Positions 16,230 through 24,477 of a stretch of DNA of 32,000 nucleotides are shown piece after piece. The notes under the pieces are model-generated. The model saw only the letters and a program-made list of their open reading frames with translations. It had not been told where the DNA came from and made no database searches. The stretch covers positions 4,737 to 36,736 of the forward strand of contig CAZECW010000025.1 in NCBI GenBank assembly GCA_964510585.1. The letters run 5' to 3'. This DNA comes from an uncultured archaeon (lineage in GTDB: Archaea > Asgardarchaeota > Jordiarchaeia > Jordiarchaeales > Jordiarchaeaceae). Within the stretch, counting starts at the first letter, position 1. The number at the start of each line of letters is the position of its first letter. The position numbers and the translations under genes are program-made.

Positions 16230-17765
16230 CTACACAGAAAATTCTGAAAGCCTCGCGTAAATATTCTTATCCTTCAAAGCCATGTAAACATCATTGTGTA
16301 CTTTATATAGCTTATCGTAAATCTCTCGATTCTTTTCATCAGGCTCCTTTCGCTCACCTATCTGCACCATACTTTCCGCTGCATCTGAAACACTTCTGTA
16401 TATTCCTACACCCACACCAGCTAAAATGGCTGCGCCCAGTGAAGTGGCCTCCTCCACCTTCCCTCTAGCCACTGGAATATTATAGATATCTGCCTGAATC
16501 TGATTCCATAGTGGGCTGCGTGTGGCTCCTCCTGTGATTCTAACTTCCTCAAATTCTAGGCCTAATTCCTTCATAACCTCAATGTTTTTACGAACCTCGA
16601 AACAAGCGCCCTCCATTATAGCTCTGATGAGGTGCGCCCTAGTGTGGCCAAGAGCCAAGCCTACTATAACTCCTCTTGCATCTGGATCCCAGTAAGGCGC
16701 CCCCGCGCCCACAAAGTGGGGTAGTAAGATTATTCCTCCAGAGCCTGGGGGTGCCTGTTCTGCCACGCTGCATAGGATGTCGTAAGGATCTTTTCCCAAT
16801 ATTTCTGCCACATTCTTTTCTGGATGCCCCAGCTGGTCTCTAAACCATCTATATACGCTACCAGTGGTAAACATGCTAGCTTCAACAACCCATTTACCGG
16901 GATCGGCGTGGCAACTAAACAGTACACGTTTTTTAGGGTCACGCTTGGGTTTTTCGGTGTAAGCTAGGAGAAAGGTTCCTGTACCCATAGTTGCCTTAAT
17001 TCTTCCCGGCTTTATTACCCCCACCCCTAATGCGCCACACTGCTGATCTCCCCCTCCTGTAACCACCGGTGTTCCTTCTGCAAAACCAGTCTCTCTCGCC
17101 GCCTTCGCGGTTACCTCTCCAATTTTTTCCCCGGAAGCATGTGATTCATTCAATTTTTCGGGTGGGATTTCCAAGGCGTCGCAAATCTTGTCAGACCACC
17201 TAAATTTTTCAACATCAAAAAGCAAAGTCCTTGAAGCATTTGACCAGTCGGTTACAAACATATTTGACAATTTCATTTCGATGAAGTCATGAACCAGCAT
17301 GAATTTATAAGTGGAATTGAAAACTTTTGGTTCATTCTCTTTTATCCAGAGAATCTTGGGGGCTGAAAAATAAGGATCAACTGTGAGACCAGAGATCCGG
17401 TATACTTCATCAACACCCACTATCCTCTTTATTTCATCGCATTGTTTAACCGTCCTGCGATCCTGCCAAACAATAGCATTCCTCAAAGGATTTCCATCTT
17501 CGTCGACTGGAACCGTAGTCTCACGCTGATTAGTGACGCTTATACCGACAATATCTTCGGGAGCGATGCCTGCTTTTTCTATGGCCCTTTTCGAGGTGTT
17601 ACAAACAGCCCTCCACCAATCCAACGCGTTTTGTTCCACCCAAGCTGGGCGAGGAAAAATACTCGGGTATTCTTCATAATCTCTAGAAATTTCCACTCCA
17701 TTTTCATCAAAAATTATGGTTCGGCAACCAATAGTGCCCGCATCCACAGCCGCTATTAACTGCAT
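16230..17765 (-). CDS. glpK: FGGY-family carbohydrate kinase, probably glycerol kinase
   Basis: DAGT, WVEQNA, NQRETT, AIVWQDRRT, GGGDQQ, GTG.F, GAPYWD and GGATRS. First gene of the glpABC operon; GAGGTG SD-like site upstream. Substrate is inferred from context. Confidence 0.78.
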   Translation of the reverse strand: MQLIAAVDAGTIGCRTIIFDENGVEISRDYEEYPSIFPRPAWVEQNALDWWRAVCNTSKRAIEKAGIAPEDIVGISVTNQRETTVPVDEDGNPLRNAIVWQDRRTVKQCDEIKRIVGVDEVYRISGLTVDPYFSAPKILWIKENEPKVFNSTYKFMLVHDFIEMKLSNMFVTDWSNASRTLLFDVEKFRWSDKICDALEIPPEKLNESHASGEKIGEVTAKAARETGFAEGTPVVTGGGDQQCGALGVGVIKPGRIKATMGTGTFLLAYTEKPKRDPKKRVLFSCHADPGKWVVEASMFTTGSVYRWFRDQLGHPEKNVAEILGKDPYDILCSVAEQAPPGSGGIILLPHFVGAGAPYWDPDARGVIVGLALGHTRAHLIRAIMEGACFEVRKNIEVMKELGLEFEEVRITGGATRSPLWNQIQADIYNIPVARGKVEEATSLGAAILAGVGVGIYRSVSDAAESMVQIGERKEPDEKNREIYDKLYKVHNDVYMALKDKNIYARLSEFSV

Positions 17766-17805
17766 TCACATTCACCTCTTTTAAACTTCCAAGGGGAGTA
17801 AAACA

Positions 17806-17822
17806 ATCAGTAATATACTGAT
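17806..17822. promoter_or_regulatory. Palindrome ATCAGTA-N3-TACTGAT, candidate operator of the glp operon
   Basis: Perfect 7-bp inverted arms 41-57 bp upstream of the glpK ATG and downstream of a TATA-like box. Confidence 0.45.
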
Positions 17823-17863
17823 AATCTCTAATAAGAATAGCTCTCAAATACGAAACATTTAGC

Positions 17864-17880
17864 TATAAAAATATTTTTCA
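17864..17880 (-). promoter_or_regulatory. Putative TATA box/BRE of the glp operon
   Basis: Minus strand reads GAAAAATA-TTTTTATA, about 100 bp upstream of the glpK start. Confidence 0.4.
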
Positions 17881-18273
17881 TTCTTCACATAAAGGTAGAA
17901 TCAAATAGATAACCTATTTCTTGTCTTTGGCTGCAAAGTGCTGTCTTCTAACCAGTCCCTAGGGCATTTGCAATTTAGCAAGCACCAATCTCTTAAAACA
18001 CATAGAAGGCGGTGCTTATGTGCATTGTCTGAGGATAGCCTCACAGTTTTTTCAGAAATGTGGGGCTCAACAGTTGATAGATTACAAAAAAGCAATCCCA
18101 TTTACAAATATGCAAAAAATCGTCCCTCCCAGTTTGGAACCCTAGATAGTTTACACGCCCATACTTATTCTCCGTTAAGAAGCACATTTACCTTCCACAA
18201 AATCTACATTTTTAAATGTGTCTTTCTCAAAAAAAGAAAATAAATAAGGGTCTTTTTGAGAGCTGGTGTGGAG

Positions 18274-18879
18274 CTAGAGACCTAGAATCTTTTTTAGCTT
18301 GTCTGGCTCCTCGCCCTCTTCAACAAAGACTTCTTTTTGTACTCCTACACGCTCCGCGTCGAATTTTCTGGCTATTCTACCACCTACAACTTTTTCTCGA
18401 ACGCTACTTTTTTTACCTTGCCAGATATACACTGTATCGTGGGTATCTATCAAGAAAACATCCTCTGAGTCTAGAGACGCTTTGGATAGTGGCACTTGAA
18501 CGAATTGTATATCATCGAGAGTTTCAAACTCTTCCCCTGATATCCTGTACATAACAACTGGGTGTGTTTTTTTCTCCATTTTTTTGAGTATAGATTTGGC
18601 GAGGTCTTGATCCACTATGCGCATTGGACCTACTGTTTTCCTAAATTCTAGTGGTTCACTACCTTGGTGTACTGTTTCTACGCGAGGTTTGCCTTTGCGT
18701 TGCTTATCTATGAGGTCGCTTATGAAGGCGCCAGCGAATTTTTCATCAACTGTTGTTTTTTCACCCAACCATATCCATATTCGGTCTCCAGCGTCGACAA
18801 CATAGGTGTCTCCAGTTGAGAAAACAGGTTGCATTATTTCCTCATAATCGCCTTCCTTAACTAAGTAAATTTTTGCCAA
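18274..18879 (-). CDS. Two-domain gelsolin-family actin-binding protein (Asgard 2DGel-like)
   Basis: Two gelsolin repeats: FSTGDTYVVD...IWIWLG...HQGSEP and LDSEDVFLID...VYIWQG.KSS...EEGEEP. TTG start. Confidence 0.9.
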   Translation of the reverse strand: MAKIYLVKEGDYEEIMQPVFSTGDTYVVDAGDRIWIWLGEKTTVDEKFAGAFISDLIDKQRKGKPRVETVHQGSEPLEFRKTVGPMRIVDQDLAKSILKKMEKKTHPVVMYRISGEEFETLDDIQFVQVPLSKASLDSEDVFLIDTHDTVYIWQGKKSSVREKVVGGRIARKFDAERVGVQKEVFVEEGEEPDKLKKILGL

Positions 18880-19068
18880 GAGAAAACCTTCTACAATAAT
18901 TTGTGCAATTTATATATTAAATTATTGTTATATTAAATTACCCCTATTGAGCGACTGGATGACGCCTTATTTAAAAGCTGAATTTTAATGGGAATTATGT
19001 TATAGAAACTTAGATTAACTTTTTAAATAGTTCTTTGATAAGGGTAAACAGCTTTTTGAGGTGTTATT

Positions 19069-20232
19069 ATGAATGTGGCTATAAACTATTGGAAGAGAGT
19101 AGAAAATATTAGAGCGGCCATGGAAAGAAACGGATTTGACGTTCTAGTTTTAACGAGAAATAAGGAGCTTACCTACATTTCTGGGGTATTTATCCCTTGG
19201 AGAAGTGCAATGGTTATACCCCTAGATGGCGAAATTCAACTCTACACAGTGCTAAGTGACGCTGAAAGGATTAAGGATGAAACCTGGCTAGAAAATATTT
19301 CAGTTTACGCCCCTATTCCAACCCTTTCTTGGACTGATCAAGTAATTGCATACCTTAAACAAAACAATTTAGAAAAATCTACTGTGGGTGTTAACTTAGG
19401 CTACACAATTAGAGTTAATGAAGGATACCTATTTGCCTCCGAATATGAAGAGCTAAAAAGCGGGCTTCCAGACGCCGAGCTGAAAAACGCGGTTCAAGCC
19501 CTCGATGAGGTCATTGTAATAAAGGAGAAAGGGGCCATCAAGCTTTTGAGACAAGCTGCAGCAATCGCCGATATTGGTATTGATACGGCTCTGGAAACCA
19601 TTTATCCAGGTATGAGCGAAACAGAGCTTGTGGGTGTTATCGAGGAAGCCATGAGACACGCGGGGAACCAATGGGCTTGGGCTCTAACTGGGGGTCACGA
19701 AGTTGGCACTGGCGACAGAGCCACATACCATATGGGCGCCACTACTCCCGCAACCCAGCGTATAATACAACATGGAGACAATGTAGTCGTAGACCTACAC
19801 AGCATGTACGAAACATATCTGTCAGACCTCACGCATAATATCATCATCGGTAGTCCAACAAGTGAGCAGAAGAAACTTGCGGAAGTTTATGTCGAAGCTG
19901 TAAACACTCTCCTCGACTCTATGGGGCCCGGAGTGAAAGTCGGAGATATTGCCAAGAAGGTAACTGAAACTGTCACTAAGGCGGGATACGGAAGTAATGT
20001 GGTTCAAATGTTTGGTCACGGAATTGGTGCGATAGGAGACGAGTGGTATCTTCCCATAATCCAATATGGCCCCTATAGCGAGAAGACCTTGGAACCGAAT
20101 ATGGTAGAGATTGCTGTATGTATTTTAAATAAACCTGGGGTTGCAGGCTACCGCTTAGAGTACCCTGTGTTGATAACTAAAAGCGGCGCTGAGCCTCTAG
20201 CAAAGACACCTATAGAACCCACCATAATATAG
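19069..20232 (+). CDS. M24-family (Xaa-Pro peptidase/creatinase fold) protein with one metal ligand apparently substituted
   Basis: Creatinase-like N-domain; VVVDLH..YETYLSDLT, FGHGIG and GYRLE.PVLIT. GAGGTG SD-like site at 19058-19063. Confidence 0.82.
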   Translation: MNVAINYWKRVENIRAAMERNGFDVLVLTRNKELTYISGVFIPWRSAMVIPLDGEIQLYTVLSDAERIKDETWLENISVYAPIPTLSWTDQVIAYLKQNNLEKSTVGVNLGYTIRVNEGYLFASEYEELKSGLPDAELKNAVQALDEVIVIKEKGAIKLLRQAAAIADIGIDTALETIYPGMSETELVGVIEEAMRHAGNQWAWALTGGHEVGTGDRATYHMGATTPATQRIIQHGDNVVVDLHSMYETYLSDLTHNIIIGSPTSEQKKLAEVYVEAVNTLLDSMGPGVKVGDIAKKVTETVTKAGYGSNVVQMFGHGIGAIGDEWYLPIIQYGPYSEKTLEPNMVEIAVCILNKPGVAGYRLEYPVLITKSGAEPLAKTPIEPTII

Positions 20233-20547
20233 AAAATCTCTAGCTAAACAATGTTAAATCAGACCGTTTTCCAAGCATTACTAAAATAGTATAGAAATCC
20301 TCCTTCAAAACCAAGAAATAGAGAAGCAATCTCCCTCCGCTTCCCCAAATTTTCGCATTTTTTTCCCTTTTGATTGTTTTTAGTTACACATCCAGAGCTT
20401 CATCTAAAATCTATTCGTGGAAAATACCCCCAGAAGGCTTGCTAATTACTTCAGAAAAAAGGAATACGCAGAAAAGTGTTGAATCTAGAAGCAATAAACT
20501 CTAATTTAACTTTGTCAAGTTAGAATTATTGAATAAAATTCATAAAA

Positions 20548-20566
20548 TTTCCAAATGTTTTTTATA
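20548..20566 (+). promoter_or_regulatory. Putative BRE/TATA promoter of the PCI-domain gene
   Basis: TTTCCAAATGTTTTTTATA, nearly identical to 2318-2336. Confidence 0.4.
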
Positions 20567-20671
20567 TTAAAATTGGAGTTGCGGATTAATTTTTGTAATT
20601 TAAATTAAGTCACTGTTTTCTGAAGAAAAGTTTTATTATTCACGGATTGCCATTATTTATTAAAGTGAGTA

Positions 20672-22114
20672 GTGGAGCTGACCTTTGTGTCATTTATTGA
20701 AGAGCCTCATCTTACTCGAAGTAGGCAAAGATTCAGACTTTTAGCTTCCAATTGTGATAAACTCATTAAATCGGTTCTTCAAGTGGTAAATAGCTACAAA
20801 GATGGTGGTTTGAACAGACAGGAATTTTTCAGGGATATTCGAGATCGCCAAAAAATAGATGTTGGTGTCTTAGACAAGGAATTTCTAGAAGAATTGGAGA
20901 ACAGTGCAGGTATTTTGTACATGCGGGGCGAGTACCGTCTTAATATGAACCGCTTATTAATGCTAATAAACATGTTTCTCAAAGAAATCGAGCGGGTTGA
21001 TAAAGATAGGGCTGATGAATTAAGAAAAAATGTTAATCAAATTAATCTCAAAATTGACACTCTTACCGGCGAGACCACTGAGGTTGCAAAGACCGCTAAA
21101 ACAAAGCTACCAGAATATGAGGAAATCGAAAAAGAAGAAATAATTCAAGAACCCGCTGTAGTGGGGGAAAAGGCGGGATTAGAACCTGTAGATAAAGCTC
21201 TCACCACCTATATTAAAGAGTATGACAAACTAAGCCTTGTACAGATATCCTCAGTTTTAGGCATATCTGAAAATGAAGTCAAGAAGAGATTAAGTTACCT
21301 GTTAGAACAGGGGATTCTAGTCGGCAAAATACAAGATGAGTATTTCCTAAGAGAAGCAGTAAGTGTGATACCAACCCCATCAGAATTAGTAAAAGCAGAA
21401 GCTGTCACAGAGGTAACAAAAATCACTAAAGAGGCAGTTACACCGACACAAGAAGTAACCGTGAAACCGCCTGCGATAAAAAGTATTGAGACGCCTATGG
21501 TTGAAGAAGCCATCGCTAAAAAACCAGTTCTTAAAGAGCTCGAGGTTGAGAAGCCAGAGGTAATAAAAACCACTGTTGAGGAGCCTGTAGTTGAAGAGCC
21601 CGTAGTTGAGGAGCCTGTAGTTGAAGAGCCCGTAGTTGTTGAACGTATCGAAAGTGTGGTCACTAAGGAGGCCGTTGTTGAGACGCCTATGGTTGAGACT
21701 GCAGAGGTGGCGCCGCCTGAAGAGGTGACTTATACCCCTAAAGAGATCAAGGAGATTTACAAGAGGATGAAGATTTTTATTGAGATGGTTTCCCAAGTTC
21801 TTGAAATGGTTGTAGTTCCCGATAAGCCTGGATTTGATAGGAAGGCTCTGTACAAGTTGATTTATGATTACTACTTCCTTCCCATCGATGGGTCTTTTGA
21901 TGTGGAACCATTTAAGGAGCTAGCCAAAGAGGGAGTAGTTCGCGTGGAGGAAAACTGGATTAGAATTGACTTGGGCAAATCCCTTTCACTTTTCAAAAAC
22001 AAGTACCTTCCCGGGATTAGGAAGGTTAAAAAGAGAACCGCGTCTAAGCTGGAAAAAGCTTTAGACGAAAACATAGAGCAAATGATAAATAATCTCCTAA
22101 AGACTAGTGCTTAG
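20672..22114 (+). CDS. Hypothetical protein with central PCI-type winged helix, Glu/Pro/Val/Thr-rich linker and possibly homologous N- and C-terminal domains
   Basis: YDKLSLVQISSVLGISENEVKKRLSYLLEQGILVGKI (about aa 174-226) matches the PCI winged-helix pattern; VEEPV repeats. GTG start. Confidence 0.6.
   Translation: MELTFVSFIEEPHLTRSRQRFRLLASNCDKLIKSVLQVVNSYKDGGLNRQEFFRDIRDRQKIDVGVLDKEFLEELENSAGILYMRGEYRLNMNRLLMLINMFLKEIERVDKDRADELRKNVNQINLKIDTLTGETTEVAKTAKTKLPEYEEIEKEEIIQEPAVVGEKAGLEPVDKALTTYIKEYDKLSLVQISSVLGISENEVKKRLSYLLEQGILVGKIQDEYFLREAVSVIPTPSELVKAEAVTEVTKITKEAVTPTQEVTVKPPAIKSIETPMVEEAIAKKPVLKELEVEKPEVIKTTVEEPVVEEPVVEEPVVEEPVVVERIESVVTKEAVVETPMVETAEVAPPEEVTYTPKEIKEIYKRMKIFIEMVSQVLEMVVVPDKPGFDRKALYKLIYDYYFLPIDGSFDVEPFKELAKEGVVRVEENWIRIDLGKSLSLFKNKYLPGIRKVKKRTASKLEKALDENIEQMINNLLKTSA
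21575..21637 (+). repeat. In-frame tandem repeat: two perfect 30-bp copies (four 15-bp subunits) encoding (VEEPV)4
   Basis: GTTGAGGAGCCTGTAGTTGAAGAGCCCGTA at 21575-21604 and 21605-21634. It is flanked by a 19-bp direct repeat TTGAGACGCCTATGGTTGA at 21486-21504 and 21678-21696. Confidence 0.95.
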
Positions 22115-22256
22115 CGGCGATGAGGGTCGTTCAGATTAGTCTGATTCACTCCATTTTTGGGCTCTGAATGGGTAGAGGGTTCCCATGGTTACTTCCTTGT
22201 GAGGCAGAATAGAAAGAATCCAAATCTCCGGCTACGGTTTTGGTTGATTTTATAGG

Positions 22257-22544
22257 TTAGATGTTCTTGCAGTAGCCTATTATTTCAAAGTCTTCTTCGT
22301 CGAATTCGTTGGCAGTCCATTCTTCTATTTCTTTTATCATTTCTTTTATTTTTTCTGGCGGTCCGTAAATTGTATCCTTTGTTACGTTAAGTCTGTATTT
22401 TGACTTTGCGCAATCTTCTATGGCTAATTTTAGGAATTTTTCAGCTTTGTCTTCGGATATACGAAACTTTTCAGCTAATCCCGGAATTATCTGCCTCTTT
22501 TTTTCCACAAGTTCGACAGAAGAAACGTTCTCGCTCATTTCCAT
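22257..22544 (-). CDS. Small hypothetical protein (95 aa, charged, acidic C-terminus)
   Basis: Protein-like composition; fills the gap directly downstream of the TIGR00300 gene on the same strand. No family recognised. Confidence 0.7.
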   Translation of the reverse strand: MEMSENVSSVELVEKKRQIIPGLAEKFRISEDKAEKFLKLAIEDCAKSKYRLNVTKDTIYGPPEKIKEMIKEIEEWTANEFDEEDFEIIGYCKNI

Positions 22545-22618
22545 ATGGGCTCCGTTATACTTTTATTGTTTAGGGGGTTTAACTTTTTGCTTATTCTCTT
22601 TTTTATTTTTCTATTATT

Positions 22619-23842
22619 CTATACTGTGCCTTCTAGTTGCCATAGTTCCTGTACTAATCTAGGAAGGAATGCTCCAACGTCGCTTATTATCCCTATGGCG
22701 TAGGTTCCTCGATCTGTAAGTTTTGTAACCACCGCTGGGTTTATGTCTATACAAATTGTTTTTACAGTGGATGGGAGCATGTTTCCCACAGCTATGGAGT
22801 GTAGTGTGGTTGCGAGCATAAGTACTAAATCTGTGTTTCTCAATGCCTTCCTCATTGCGTCCTGTGCTTCCATTACGTCAGTAATGACATCCGGTATAGG
22901 GCCATCGTCTCTTATGGATCCTGCAAGTACCAGTTCCACATTGTTTCTTATGCATTCGTACATGATTCCGCTTTTTAGGATTCCCTTCTCAACCGCGTCC
23001 CGGATTGAGCCTGCTTTTCTGATTACATTTATAGCCATTAAGTGATGGCGGTGTCCTCCTTCATAGTTCTCAAGTGTTTTTAAATCCATTCCGAGGCTGG
23101 TTCCGTACAGAGAGTTCTCTACATCATGTACTGCTACTGCATTTCCTGTTAGTAGCGCCTGAACGTAACCCATTCTTATTAATTCGGACAGTGCTGCCGA
23201 TGCTCCAGCATGGATGACTGCGGGACCCGGAACCACTACGATTTTTCCGCCTTTTTTTCTAAGCTCAAACATCTCTTTTGCTATCATGCGTGTAAGGGAT
23301 AAGGTGGGTTTTTCTGATGATATGGCGCTGCTCATAAAGCTGAAAACCTCTTTTTTTCGTGACCTTTCTGGGGGGATAACTTTTATGCCCTTGTTTCCAA
23401 CAACAACTAGTTCCCCCTTCTTTACTTTTCTCATTGGTATGCTGTAGGGTTTACCCTCTCTAATCACTATGACTTTGTCCATTTCTTGGTTTTCTGTTTT
23501 TATCCATTCCCCGTTTATCATAATAAATGTGGGATGATTAGTCGTTGAATAGAAATTATCCGGTAGCACTCCATCGTCAGGGGCGGGGATTAGTTCTGCG
23601 TCCACCGCCTTTTCAGTTACCACCGCACCTAACTTCTGAAGTTCCGCAAGAATCATATCGAGGTGTTGTCGATCTTTGCCAAAAATGCGTATATGGGCGT
23701 GTGAATACTCGTTTTTAGTTTTCCCAATCCTGAACTCCAGTACCTCGAATTCTCCGTTTAAATCATAGATTGCTCCAAATATTTTGGGAAGTATCATTGA
23801 ATCTATTATATGCCCTGTTAACTCAATCTCAGCTTCAATCAA
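22619..23842 (-). CDS. TIGR00300-family protein (LOR/SDH-like conserved region, homologous to the ArgZ/AgrE C-terminal part); probable ornithine cyclodeaminase
   Basis: IELTGHIIDS, PDDGVLPDNFYSTTNHPT, FSFMSS.ISSEKP, GPAVIHAG, LAGSIRDDGP, TLHSIAVGNMLP and VDIN-like CIDINP..VTKLTDRG. TTG start. Confidence 0.88.
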   Translation of the reverse strand: MIEAEIELTGHIIDSMILPKIFGAIYDLNGEFEVLEFRIGKTKNEYSHAHIRIFGKDRQHLDMILAELQKLGAVVTEKAVDAELIPAPDDGVLPDNFYSTTNHPTFIMINGEWIKTENQEMDKVIVIREGKPYSIPMRKVKKGELVVVGNKGIKVIPPERSRKKEVFSFMSSAISSEKPTLSLTRMIAKEMFELRKKGGKIVVVPGPAVIHAGASAALSELIRMGYVQALLTGNAVAVHDVENSLYGTSLGMDLKTLENYEGGHRHHLMAINVIRKAGSIRDAVEKGILKSGIMYECIRNNVELVLAGSIRDDGPIPDVITDVMEAQDAMRKALRNTDLVLMLATTLHSIAVGNMLPSTVKTICIDINPAVVTKLTDRGTYAIGIISDVGAFLPRLVQELWQLEGTV

Positions 23843-24477
23843 TATTTATTCCTCTTTTAGGTTGGTACAGGCCTTCCTAGGTAAATTGATGCGGTTTTTG
23901 GGTGTTTGTTTGTTCTGTTTTTTATAACTCATATTTTGGTGTCTTGGGTGTGCAATAAGAATTGTATATTATAATATTTTTGGAGTTATTTTTGGCACTG
24001 CTAAACCCGGTTTACCTTCTGTGTGTATTATAGTTTTGTCTTCTTCTGCTCTTTTTTGGTTTAAACCAAGCTCATATCCATTCTTTAAAACTTAGGGTTT
24101 CCTGTTTCAAACGATACTTTTCAAAACTTCTTCAATTCGTATGTGGAGGCTTATGTTGGGTTACCTCTGCTTGGTTCTTTTGAAAAATTATTGTAGTAAG
24201 TTTTTGTGGCTTTTATATATGATTTTACAATAATTATGGTGAAACTTTAGGGCAATTTAAGTATCTTGAAAAAGTGGATGATGAAAATATGCAGGATATT
24301 TTGGGAAAAATGTCTAGGTCTAATTTGCATCCTTTTCTGTGCCTTATCCTTCTATTACAAATTAAGTTTGTCTTGTTTAAGGTTGGTCAGCTGACCTTGA
24401 GCACCAGTTTTGTGAATCTTTCTCACTCCATTAACTCAGAATCATTTGTCCTGCCTTTTCTCATATTTTTTGGTGCA

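Noticed and set aside
17901-18243. Cys-containing ORFs 17901-18101 (-) and 17938-18243 (+) in the glpK-gelsolin gap
   Set aside because: They overlap each other, lack a coherent metal-binding pattern and have non-protein-like composition.
21575-21637. Repeat considered as a CRISPR array or mobile-element end
   Set aside because: The units are directly adjacent without spacers, in frame within a CDS, and no cas or transposase genes are present.
24274-24477. First 68 codons of the 1024-aa ORF as a signal/TM region
   Set aside because: The Phe/Leu richness follows from T-rich intergenic-like DNA, and a GGTG-preceded GTG at 24478 fits the start pattern of other genes here. Not fully excluded.
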